DNA from: Desulfobacteraceae bacterium | Lineage (GTDB): Bacteria > Desulfobacterota > Desulfobacteria > Desulfobacterales > JAIFKL01 | Direction of reading: 5' to 3' | Length of the DNA: 42,927 nucleotides | Assembly: GCA_020049595.1 (NCBI GenBank) | Contig: JAIFKL010000125.1 | Location: 1 to 42,927 of the forward strand | Shown here: in pieces, positions 22,418 to 31,254 of the stretch | Layout: every line of letters begins with the position of its first letter | How positions within the stretch are numbered: position 1 is the stretch's first letter | Made by a program: the position numbers and the translations under genes | Notes under the pieces: generated by a model | Database searches by the model: none | What the model was told of the DNA's origin: nothing | Seen by the model: the letters and a program-made list of their open reading frames with translations, nothing else

Positions 22418-25400
22418 ATGCGCTTTAAGAATCTGAAATTAGCGACAAAGCAGGGGCTTGCTTTCGGTTTTATCCTTGTGATCATGGCAGGCGTAACCGT
22501 TTTTTCCCTGCTGAAAATGTCCGCGCTCAAAGATGAGATTGACAGAGTGAATACCAAACGGCTGCCCGGAGTGATCGCTGTTTCCGAAATTAATTTCAAT
22601 ACTTCCGAGTACCGCATCAATGAAATGCAGCACGCACTGACCTATTACGGATACAAGATGCGGGAGCAGGAACAGATGATGCTGGGCCTCAAGACGAAAA
22701 TTGAAAAAAATCAGGAGGTTTATCAGCCGCTCATCACATCTCCCGAAGAACAGACGCTGTATTCCGAGTTTCAGGAAAAATGGGGGCGTTATTTAGAAAT
22801 GCACGAGCAGTTCATGAAACTTTCCCGTGACAGCAAAGACGAAGAAGCCCTTACGCTGCTCAATGAGGAAGCCTATAAACTGTTCAGAGATTTCAGCGCA
22901 AATCTGGAAGGGCTTGTCAAGCTGAACAAAGAAGCCTCGTTTGAAGCTGCACGCCGCGCCGAAGAGACCTACCGCTCCGCCCGCACGGTGACAACGGTGC
23001 TGCTGGCGATGACCGTACTGATGTCAACACTGATCACCCTGGTGCTGGTACGCACGATTACCATACCCATCCGGCAGTTGGAACGGGCTGCCAAAAGTGT
23101 TGCCGAGGGCAACGTCAATGTGAGTCTCGATATTCAGACACAGGAAGAAATCGGCAATCTGGCAAGATCATTCAACCGCATGACCGATTCACTCCGTGAG
23201 GCAAAACAGGAAAATGAAAAACAGGACTGGTTTAAGAGCGGTCAGAACGAACTGAATGAAAAAATGCGGGGAGATCAGGATGTGCAGACCCTTGCCCGCA
23301 ATGTGATTACCTGTCTGTCAAAATATCTGGGTGCGCAGATCGGCGCGCTGTATCTGGTTTCAGACGGGGAAAACGGGGAAAACACAGAAATGAAACTTGC
23401 CGGAACTTACGCCTTTGCCAAGCGCAAAAGTCTGGGCGACATCATCCGCATCGGCGAAGGATTGGCAGGGCAGGCGGCTTTTGAAAAGGAAATCATTTCT
23501 GTTACGGATGTTCCCCAAGACTACATCCGAATTGCCTCGGCAATCGGCGACACTCATCCCCGCAACATCATGGTTTCACCATTTTTGTATGAAGGCAGGT
23601 TGGTCGGTGTGGTCGAACTGGGAACTTTTGCGGAATTTACCGACAGGGAAATGGAGTTCCTGAAATATGCCATGGAAAATATTGCCATCGGCTTTAATTC
23701 TGCCCGGTCCCGGGACAAAATCGCCTTTCTCCTCAAGGAATCGCAGCGTCAGGGCTCAGAACTCAAGATTCAGCAGGAAGAACTCCGAGCCACCAATGAA
23801 GAACTGGCAGAGCAGCGGGACGCGCTCAGGCTGTCGGAAGCGCAGTTGAAATCCCAGCAGGAAGAGCTTCAGGCTGCCAATGAGGAATTGGAAGAAAAAA
23901 CCCAGTATCTGGAGAAACAGCAGATTGAGATTACCGAAAAGAATGTTGCGCTGGAAATTGCCCGGAATGACATTGAAAAGAAGGCAAAAGAATTGGAAGT
24001 GACCAGCAAATACAAATCCGAATTTCTTGCCAATATGTCTCATGAACTTCGCACGCCGCTCAACAGTATGCTCATTCTTGCCCGGAGTCTGGCGGACAAC
24101 AAAGAGGAAAATCTCAGCGAAGATCAGTCCGAATCTGCCCGGATTATTTACAAAAGCGGAAATGATCTGCTCAAACTCATCAATGAGATTCTGGACCTTT
24201 CCAAAATCGAAGCCGGCAAAATGTCGGTCAATATTGAAAAAGTTTTGCTCCAAGATGTTGCGGACAGCCTTCATGCCAATTTCAAGCATGTCATTGCCGA
24301 TAAGGGCTTGACGCTCGCTATCCGATTGGATGAGCATATCCCGGAATATATGGAAACCGACTCTCAGCGTTTGGAACAGATTATCAAAAATTTTATGTCC
24401 AATGCGATCAAGTTTACGGAAAAAGGCGAAATCACGTTTTCTGTTCACACACCTGAACCGGAGACCGATCTGTCCCGCAGCGGTCTGAATCGGCAGGATG
24501 CCATTGCCTTTTCGGTCAGCGATACGGGCATCGGTATTCCGGAAGACAAGCTTCTTGATATTTTTGAAGCGTTCCAGCAGGTTGACGGAAGCACTTCCCG
24601 GAAATACGGCGGCACCGGACTGGGGCTTTCCATTTCCCGTGAACTGGCAAAACTGCTGGGCGGTGAGATTCAGTTGAAAAGCGAAATGGGAAAGGGTTCG
24701 ACGTTTACACTCTATCTCCCCGGTTCAAGTAAGGTGGGCAGCTTGCTGCCCACCAAACAGAAAACCGCAGAGGTTCAGGCTTCGTGTAAGGCGGGCAGCG
24801 TTCGACTGAGCGCGGCAGTTGAGCCTGCCGAAACTCACGCCGAAGTCAAGCTGCCCGCCAAACAGAAAACCACAGAGGTTCAGGCTTCGGGTAAGGTGGG
24901 CAGCAAGCTGCCCACCCTACGGAAAATAACAGCCCCTGCCCCTTCACCCGGCGACAGGTGCATTCTGATTATCGAAGAGGATGCGGATTTTGTAAAGGTG
25001 CTGTCCGCGCAATGTTCGCAGAAAGGTTTCAAAGCGGTGGTATGTGCCAGCGGGGAGGAAGGATTGCAGTTGGCGGAAAAGCAGCGGCACGAGGCGATTA
25101 TTCTGGATATACGGCTTCCCGGCATGGATGGCTGGGCGGTTCTGGAGCGGCTCAAGGCAAATCCCGAAACCCGTCATATTCCGGTGCATATCATTTCGGC
25201 TGAGGAAGTCAGTCTTGATGCGCTCAAAAAAGGTGCCGTCGGTTTTCTCACAAAACCGGCTGAAAAAGAAGCTTTGGACGCGGCTTTCCGCAAACTCGAA
25301 AGCTTTATCGAGAAAAACATCAAAGACCTGCTGGTGGTGGAAGATGATGAAAACCTGCGGAAAAGCATCAGAAAACTGATCGGCAACGGCGATGTGAAAA

Positions 25401-26122
25401 TCACCGAAGCCGCCAGCGGCAAAGATGCGCTGGATGCCCTCCTGAACAGACAATTCGACTGTATGGTGCTGGACCTGGGGCTGCCGGATATGACCGGTTT
25501 TGAACTGCTCAGTATGCTGAAAAATGAAAAAGGAATCAATATCCCGCCGGTTATTGTCTATACAGGGAAAGACCTTAGCCGTGAAGAGGAAGAGCAACTG
25601 CGGGGCTATGCGGAGGCGATCATTGTCAAAGGTGTGAAATCCGAAGAACGCCTGCTGGATGAGACGACCCTGTTTCTGCATCGGATTGTCAGCAATATGC
25701 CGCAGAAAGAGCAGAAAGTTATATGCAACCTTCAGGATAAAGACAGCGTTTTCAAAAACAAGAGAATTCTTTTGGCAGACGACGACATGCGGAATGTCTT
25801 TGCCATGTCCAAAATTCTGCGGGAAAAAGGAATGGAGATAGTTAAAGCGGAAGACGGCGCGAAAGCATTGAAAGTGCTGGAACAGGAGCCGGGCATTCAT
25901 CTGGTGCTGATGGATATTATGATGCCGATCATGGACGGATATGAAACCATGAAAAAAATCCGGGAGCAGGAGCGATTTGCGAAACTGCCGATTATTGCCT
26001 TAACCGCAAAGGCAATGAAAGGCGACAGAGAAAAATGTATCGAATCGGGCGCAAGCGATTATCTGGCAAAACCCGTTGACATGGAAAGACTGCTGTCAAT
26101 GATGCGGGTGTGGATGTATTAA
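22418..26122 (+). CDS. Hybrid sensor histidine kinase (4HB_MCP-like sensor, HAMP, GAF, coiled coil, HisKA, HATPase, repeat-derived linker, three receiver domains)
   Basis: H-box ANMSHELRTPLNS. HATPase motifs DTGIGI and GGTGLGLSI. Three receivers (ILDIRLPGMDG, VLDLGLPDMTG, LMDIMMPIMDG). No Hpt domain. Confidence 0.9.
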   Translation: MRFKNLKLATKQGLAFGFILVIMAGVTVFSLLKMSALKDEIDRVNTKRLPGVIAVSEINFNTSEYRINEMQHALTYYGYKMREQEQMMLGLKTKIEKNQEVYQPLITSPEEQTLYSEFQEKWGRYLEMHEQFMKLSRDSKDEEALTLLNEEAYKLFRDFSANLEGLVKLNKEASFEAARRAEETYRSARTVTTVLLAMTVLMSTLITLVLVRTITIPIRQLERAAKSVAEGNVNVSLDIQTQEEIGNLARSFNRMTDSLREAKQENEKQDWFKSGQNELNEKMRGDQDVQTLARNVITCLSKYLGAQIGALYLVSDGENGENTEMKLAGTYAFAKRKSLGDIIRIGEGLAGQAAFEKEIISVTDVPQDYIRIASAIGDTHPRNIMVSPFLYEGRLVGVVELGTFAEFTDREMEFLKYAMENIAIGFNSARSRDKIAFLLKESQRQGSELKIQQEELRATNEELAEQRDALRLSEAQLKSQQEELQAANEELEEKTQYLEKQQIEITEKNVALEIARNDIEKKAKELEVTSKYKSEFLANMSHELRTPLNSMLILARSLADNKEENLSEDQSESARIIYKSGNDLLKLINEILDLSKIEAGKMSVNIEKVLLQDVADSLHANFKHVIADKGLTLAIRLDEHIPEYMETDSQRLEQIIKNFMSNAIKFTEKGEITFSVHTPEPETDLSRSGLNRQDAIAFSVSDTGIGIPEDKLLDIFEAFQQVDGSTSRKYGGTGLGLSISRELAKLLGGEIQLKSEMGKGSTFTLYLPGSSKVGSLLPTKQKTAEVQASCKAGSVRLSAAVEPAETHAEVKLPAKQKTTEVQASGKVGSKLPTLRKITAPAPSPGDRCILIIEEDADFVKVLSAQCSQKGFKAVVCASGEEGLQLAEKQRHEAIILDIRLPGMDGWAVLERLKANPETRHIPVHIISAEEVSLDALKKGAVGFLTKPAEKEALDAAFRKLESFIEKNIKDLLVVEDDENLRKSIRKLIGNGDVKITEAASGKDALDALLNRQFDCMVLDLGLPDMTGFELLSMLKNEKGINIPPVIVYTGKDLSREEEEQLRGYAEAIIVKGVKSEERLLDETTLFLHRIVSNMPQKEQKVICNLQDKDSVFKNKRILLADDDMRNVFAMSKILREKGMEIVKAEDGAKALKVLEQEPGIHLVLMDIMMPIMDGYETMKKIREQERFAKLPIIALTAKAMKGDREKCIESGASDYLAKPVDMERLLSMMRVWMY
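24729..24920. repeat. Word-type palindromic/direct-repeat element inside the hybrid kinase ORF
   Basis: GGTGGGCAGC-TT-GCTGCCCACC (24733-24754). GGTGGGCAGC-AA-GCTGCCCACC (24894-24915). Direct repeat CAAACAGAAAACCRCAGAGGTTCAGGCTTCGKGTAAGGYGGGCAGC occurs twice. GGCGGGCAGC / GCTGCCCGCC inverted repeat. This is the same GTAAGGYGGGCA word seen at 3562-3590. Confidence 0.8.
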
Positions 26123-26189
26123 TTGAGAATTGAGAATTGAGAATTAAACACTGTCTATTTCTCAATTCTCAATTCTCAATTCTCAATTT
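26120..26189. repeat. Inverted heptamer pair (hairpin) between the hybrid kinase gene and cheR
   Basis: The TAA stop overlaps the first unit. (TGAGAAT)3, loop AAACACTGTCTA, (ATTCTCA)4. The cheR ATG follows 2 nt later. Confidence 0.9.
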
Positions 26190-26191
26190 TT

Positions 26192-27016
26192 ATGACTGAC
26201 AACGAAATCGAAAAAATAGAGATAGACCTTTTTCTTGAAGCGGTTTTCCGGCGCTACGGCTATGATTTCACGCATTATGCCAAAGCCTCTATCCGGAGAA
26301 GGGTTCGGAATTTTCTGCAAAAAACGGGCTACACCCGCGTCAGCGAAATGATCCCGGAAGTTTTGTATAACGAATCGTTTTTTGCAAATCTGGTCTTTGA
26401 TTTTTCCGTAACTGTTACAGAAATGTTCCGTGACCCGGACTTCTTTCTGTCGGTGAGGAATATGATATTTCCCTATCTCAGAACCTATCCGTTTATCAAA
26501 ATCTGGCAGGCCGGCTGTGCAACCGGTGAAGAAGTTTACAGCCTTGCCATTTTGATGACAGAAGCGGGACTTTATGAAAAAAGCACTGTTTTTGCAACGG
26601 ATTTCAATGATCCCGCGCTGAAAAAAGCAAAAGAAGGTATTTATCCGATAAAAAATGTAAAAGACTTTACGGCAAATTATCAGAAAGCCGGCGGAAACTT
26701 ATCTTTCGCCAAATATTATCATGCACAGTATGATTCTGTTATTATGGATAAATATTTAAAACAGCGCATCACGTTTGCGAATCATAATTTGGCCACGGAC
26801 GGGGTATTCGGAGAAATGCATCTGATTCTCTGCCGCAATGTGCTGATTTATTTTGACAGAGAACTTCAAAACCGGGTGCTTTCTCTGTTTAAAGACAGTC
26901 TGATACACAAGGGTTTTCTCTGCCTCGGAACCAAAGAAAGCCTTCAATTTTCAGATGTGTGTGATGATTTCAAACTGATTGACGCAAAGAATAAAATCTA
27001 TCAGAAAAAGTTTTAG
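26192..27016 (+). CDS. cheR: CheR-type protein-glutamate O-methyltransferase
   Basis: IWQAGCATGEEVYSLAI SAM motif and LILCRNVLIYFD motif. Confidence 0.9.
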   Translation: MTDNEIEKIEIDLFLEAVFRRYGYDFTHYAKASIRRRVRNFLQKTGYTRVSEMIPEVLYNESFFANLVFDFSVTVTEMFRDPDFFLSVRNMIFPYLRTYPFIKIWQAGCATGEEVYSLAILMTEAGLYEKSTVFATDFNDPALKKAKEGIYPIKNVKDFTANYQKAGGNLSFAKYYHAQYDSVIMDKYLKQRITFANHNLATDGVFGEMHLILCRNVLIYFDRELQNRVLSLFKDSLIHKGFLCLGTKESLQFSDVCDDFKLIDAKNKIYQKKF

Positions 27017-27080
27017 ACCTCTCCCCACGACACCCCCTCTCCTTCGGAGAGGGGGCCGGGGGGTGAGGTGCGGGTGAGGC
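27016..27080. repeat. CCCCCTCTCCTTCGGAGAGGGGG hairpin word between cheR and cheB
   Basis: Same word family as 6725-6829. Confidence 0.85.
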
Positions 27081-27095
27081 AGGGGCAGAATCTTG

Positions 27096-27686
27096 ATGAA
27101 AAAATACAAAGCGGTTGTGATCGGCGTTTCCGCCGGAGGGATGAAGGTGCTGACAAAGCTGCTGTCCATGCTGCCCGAAAATTTCTCTCTGCCTGTTATG
27201 ATTGTTCAGCATCTGCATCCGAGCCAGTCCGATTTCTATATCCGGCATTTTAATGAAAAATGCGCCCTGACAGTGAAAGAAGCAGATGAAAAAGAAAAAA
27301 TTCAGAGCGGATATGTTTATTTTGCACCGCCGAATTACCATCTGCTCATTGAAGAAGACCGCAGCTTTTCATTGTCTTGTGATGAAAAAGTAAATTTTTC
27401 AAGGCCCTCCGTAGATGTGCTGTTTGAAAGTGCGGTGGATGTGTATCACTCTGATTTGATAGGCATTATCCTGACAGGTGCGAACAATGACGGCGCTTAC
27501 GGTTTGCAACTGATAAAAAACAACGGCGGACTGACGTTAGTTCAGAATCCTTCTGAGGCGGAATCCGCGGTGATGCCCCAAGCCGCTATCGCTGCCGGCG
27601 GCGCGGATGATATTCTTTCTGCGGAAGAAATCGGAAACCTGCTGATCCGCTTAGATAAAAAACAACAAACCCCAGTCTATTCTTAG
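27096..27686 (+). CDS. cheB: CheB-type protein-glutamate methylesterase, catalytic domain only (no receiver)
   Basis: VIGVSAGG, QHL, SVDVLFESA and LTGANNDGAYG motifs. ATG 27096 is one codon after the ORF-track TTG. Confidence 0.85.
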   Translation: MKKYKAVVIGVSAGGMKVLTKLLSMLPENFSLPVMIVQHLHPSQSDFYIRHFNEKCALTVKEADEKEKIQSGYVYFAPPNYHLLIEEDRSFSLSCDEKVNFSRPSVDVLFESAVDVYHSDLIGIILTGANNDGAYGLQLIKNNGGLTLVQNPSEAESAVMPQAAIAAGGADDILSAEEIGNLLIRLDKKQQTPVYS

Positions 27687-27715
27687 CTTTGGCGATCTAT
27701 TCTTAGCTTTGGCGA
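27676..27715. repeat. 20-bp tandem duplication TCTATTCTTAGCTTTGGCGA x2
   Basis: The first copy contains the TAG stop of cheB. It is a variant of the TCTATTTTTAGCCTTGGCGC word. Confidence 0.85.
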
Positions 27716-27724
27716 ACCTCTGAC

Positions 27725-29416
27725 ATGAACTATAAGCCCAAAATTCTGATAGTTGACGACAGACGGGAAAATTTATATACGCTGGAAAATGTCTTAAAAG
27801 GCGTTGATGCGGAAATTATAAAAACGGACAACGGGAATGACGCGCTCATTGCCACGCTCAACAATGAGTTTGCATTGGCGATTCTCGATGTGCAGATGCC
27901 CGGAATGGACGGCTACGAACTCGCGGAACTCATGCGCGGGGAGGCGGAAACCAAATATCTGCCGATCATTTTTCTGTCCGCCGTCTTTTCAGACGATTTC
28001 CATATTTTCAAGGGATACGGTGCCGGCGCGGTTGATTTTATCACAAAACCCTTCAATCCTGACGTGTTGCTGGCAAAAGTCCGCATATTTTTAGAACTCT
28101 ACGGTCAGAGAATTTCTTTGGAAAAGCACAAAAAAGAATTGTCAACCTCCAATGCGCTGATGACCTCTGTGATGGAAAGTCCGAGAAATATCGGCATCTT
28201 TGCGCTGGATAGGGAATACCGCTATCTTTCTTTCAATCAGAATCATAAAGACATGATCAGACGGCTCTACAATGAAGACATAAAAATCGGAATGAGAAAA
28301 CTTGATATTTTAAAAAACGAAGTGGAAAGAGAAAAGTCAAAGCTCAATTTTGACAGCGCGCTGCGCGGTGAAACCTTTGTACTGATTGAGGTGAATGAAG
28401 AATGCAGACCGGGTGAAAATATTTCCCGTTATTACAGAGAAAATCATTACAATCCGATTGTTGTCGGAGATGAAATTATCGGTCTGACCGTTTTTCTGAC
28501 AGATATTACCAAAAGCAAGCAGACAGAAGAAGACCTGAAAGAGACAAATGAAAAACTCCGCGAGCAGATCGCAGAACGCAAACGCGCTCAGGAAGAATTG
28601 CTCAAAAACAAGGAAAAAGCGGAAAGAGAACGGGAAACCGCGGAAGTCGCCAATAAAAAGATTATGGCAAGCATCCGATATGCCCACCTGATTCAGAGTT
28701 CCCTGCTGCCGAATCCGGAAAATATCAAAGGTTTTCTCCCGGACAGCTTTTTCATCTGGATGCCCAGAGACATTGTGGGCGGCGATTTTATTTTTACCGA
28801 TTATGTGGAAGACGGATTTATCATCGCGGTGATTGACTGCACCGGACACGGGGTCCCGGGCGCGTTCATGACCATGATTGCTTCTTTCGGACTGAGAAAA
28901 ATCATCGGCACCGAAGGGTTCCGGGATCCGGCAAAAATTCTGAAAAGGCTTAATTTTATTGTCAAAACAACGCTTCAGCAGGATACGGAATACGCGCTTT
29001 CCGATGACGGTTTGGATGCGGCAGTCTGTTTTATCTCCGAATCTTCGGGAACGCTGACTTTTGCCGGTGCCAAACTGCCGCTGATTTCTATTCATAACGG
29101 AAAAATAAGGATTGTAAAAGGCGACAAGAAGAGCATCGGCTACAAACGCTCCGAACTGAATTTCAATTTCGCCAATCATGAAATCCCTCTTGAAAAAGAG
29201 ATGTGTTTCTATATGTTAAGCGACGGATTCATAGATCAGCTGGGCGGAGAGAATCACCGCCGCTTCGGCAGTTGGCGTTTTAAAGAACTGCTTAAAAATA
29301 ACTATATGAAATCTTTTGCAGATCAGAGAGAAATAATGATTCAGACCTTTAACGAACACAAAGGAAAAAATGAAAGACAGGATGATGTCACGGTGGTGGG
29401 TTTCGGTTTCAGATAG
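27725..29416 (+). CDS. Response regulator fused to a SiaA-type PP2C phosphatase (REC, PAS-like, coiled coil, PP2C)
   Basis: Receiver motifs ILIVDD, ILDVQMPGMDG and FITKP. The PP2C domain is colinear with 13425-15689 (GGDFIF, IDCTGHGVPGA, DDGLDA, LSDGFIDQ, DDVTVVGFGF). Confidence 0.9.
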   Translation: MNYKPKILIVDDRRENLYTLENVLKGVDAEIIKTDNGNDALIATLNNEFALAILDVQMPGMDGYELAELMRGEAETKYLPIIFLSAVFSDDFHIFKGYGAGAVDFITKPFNPDVLLAKVRIFLELYGQRISLEKHKKELSTSNALMTSVMESPRNIGIFALDREYRYLSFNQNHKDMIRRLYNEDIKIGMRKLDILKNEVEREKSKLNFDSALRGETFVLIEVNEECRPGENISRYYRENHYNPIVVGDEIIGLTVFLTDITKSKQTEEDLKETNEKLREQIAERKRAQEELLKNKEKAERERETAEVANKKIMASIRYAHLIQSSLLPNPENIKGFLPDSFFIWMPRDIVGGDFIFTDYVEDGFIIAVIDCTGHGVPGAFMTMIASFGLRKIIGTEGFRDPAKILKRLNFIVKTTLQQDTEYALSDDGLDAAVCFISESSGTLTFAGAKLPLISIHNGKIRIVKGDKKSIGYKRSELNFNFANHEIPLEKEMCFYMLSDGFIDQLGGENHRRFGSWRFKELLKNNYMKSFADQREIMIQTFNEHKGKNERQDDVTVVGFGFR

Positions 29417-29637
29417 CAGATTTCACAGGAAACTGTAGGATTGGCAGGCAGTGTCCGCCCTGCTGCCGAACCGGATGAAAGAGATGTCCGGCAATGTCTG
29501 ATTTTCCAATTAAAAAATTTGCATGAATAAAAAAAACATGCTAATCTTTTTTTAATTTAAAATTTAAAAAATCAGGGTTCAGACAGCGGCGGCGCGGTGC
29601 AGGTCTGCCGCTGCCCGGCCCCCCGGAGATTTCAGAA

Positions 29638-30075
29638 ATGGAAAAATCAGTTTGCAGAGAGTTCAAACCCGGACGCCGCTTTGTCGGGCGTCTGCCTCAC
29701 GGCAAAGACCTGATTCAGTCTGTCGAAAATTTCTGCAAAGAAAAAGCGATTGTTATGGCAACATTTTCCCTTATCGGCGCTGTCAGTTCGGCAACTGTCG
29801 GCGCTTACGACCAGAAACAGCAGGTTTACGTTACGTTCAGGGAAAACTCACCCCTTGAAATCGTAATCTGCGCGGGCAATGTTTCAATAAAAGACGGAAA
29901 CCCCGTTGTTCATGCCCACATTCTCCTCGGCGACGAACAGGGAAAAACCGTCGGCGGCCATCTGTTTTCGGAAACGCTTCTCTTTGCCGGAGAAATCGAG
30001 ATTCAGGAACTGATCGGAAATCCGTTGGAAAGGACATCAGACGCTGTAACAGGTTTGATGTTATGGAAATTTTAG
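29638..30075 (+). CDS. PPC/DUF296 domain protein
   Basis: GRLPHGKDLIQSVENFCKE...GAVS...HAHILLGDEQGKTVGGHL pattern of the PPC (DUF296) fold. Confidence 0.7.
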   Translation: MEKSVCREFKPGRRFVGRLPHGKDLIQSVENFCKEKAIVMATFSLIGAVSSATVGAYDQKQQVYVTFRENSPLEIVICAGNVSIKDGNPVVHAHILLGDEQGKTVGGHLFSETLLFAGEIEIQELIGNPLERTSDAVTGLMLWKF

Positions 30076-30079
30076 AAGA

Positions 30080-30162
30080 GTTGCAGGTTACAGGTTGCAG
30101 GTTGCAGGTAGCAGGTTACATGCTACATGCAACTTGTAACCTGCTACCTGCTACCTGCTACC
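30080..30162. repeat. CAGGT-word palindrome upstream of ilvE
   Basis: GTTGCAGGTTACAGGTTGCAGGTTGCAGGTAGCAGGTTACATG ... CATGCAACTTGTAACCTGCTACCTGCTACCTGCTACC. Confidence 0.85.
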
Positions 30163-30189
30163 AATTGACAATGAAGGAGAGATAAAAAA

Positions 30190-31254
30190 ATGCAAATCAC
30201 GATTACAAAAGCAAAAGACCTCAAACCCAAGCCGGATGAATCCAATCTCGGTTTCGGAACATTTTTTACAGATCACATGCTGCTGATGGATTACAATCCG
30301 GACAAGGGATGGCATCTGCCCCGTATTGAACCGTTTTCCCCTTTTGAAATGTCCCCTGCGACCATGGTTCTGCACTACGGACAGGCAGTATTTGAAGGGC
30401 TGAAGGCATATCGGACTGCTGCCGGCAAAATACAGCTTTTTCGGCCCAAAGCCAATTTTGCGCGCATGAACCGTTCCTGTGAGATGCTTTGCATTCCCCC
30501 GATTGACGAATCGCTTCTCACGGCTTCGCTGAAAGACCTGCTGAAGCTTGAAAAAGACTGGGTTCCCAGAGTCCCGGGCACCTCTCTTTATATACGTCCC
30601 ACGATTATTTCAACCGATCCCTATCTCGGAGTGCGGGCGTCGAAAACCTATCGTTATTTTGTCATTCTCTGTCCTGTGGGCGCATATTATGCCGCAGGCT
30701 TCAACCCTGTGAAAATATGGGTGACAAAAAATTATGTCAGGGCAGTTCGCGGGGGCATCGGCGAGGCAAAAACCCCGGCAAACTATGCGGCAAGCCTGTA
30801 CGCCGGAGAAAGGGCAGGCAAAAACGGTTATGCTCAGGTTTTGTGGTTGGACGGCGTGGAACAGAAATATGTGGAAGAAGTGGGTTCCATGAATATCTTT
30901 TTTGTCATTGACAATGAACTCGTCACGCCAATGCTCAACGGCAGCATTCTTCCGGGCGTTACACGGGATTCCGTCATTGCGCTGGCAAAACACTGGAAGC
31001 TGAAAGTTTCGGAGCGGAAAATCAGCATTGACGAAGTGATGAATGCTCATGACGCGGGAAAACTTCAGGAAGTTTTCGGATCCGGCACCGCGGCGGTGAT
31101 TTCGCCGGTAGGCGAGATGAAATACGGGGACCGGATCATCCAAATCGGCGGCGGCAAGGTCGGTCCCGTAGCGAACAAATTTTTCAAATCTATTCAGGAT
31201 ATTCAGTACGGCAAAGCTGAAGATCCCATGGGATGGATTGAGCCGGTTTGTTAG
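30190..31254 (+). CDS. ilvE: Branched-chain amino acid aminotransferase
   Basis: 354 aa. LGFGTFFTDHM, HYGQAVFEGLKAYR, AKTPANYAASL and EVGSMNIFF motifs. Confidence 0.9.
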   Translation: MQITITKAKDLKPKPDESNLGFGTFFTDHMLLMDYNPDKGWHLPRIEPFSPFEMSPATMVLHYGQAVFEGLKAYRTAAGKIQLFRPKANFARMNRSCEMLCIPPIDESLLTASLKDLLKLEKDWVPRVPGTSLYIRPTIISTDPYLGVRASKTYRYFVILCPVGAYYAAGFNPVKIWVTKNYVRAVRGGIGEAKTPANYAASLYAGERAGKNGYAQVLWLDGVEQKYVEEVGSMNIFFVIDNELVTPMLNGSILPGVTRDSVIALAKHWKLKVSERKISIDEVMNAHDAGKLQEVFGSGTAAVISPVGEMKYGDRIIQIGGGKVGPVANKFFKSIQDIQYGKAEDPMGWIEPVC

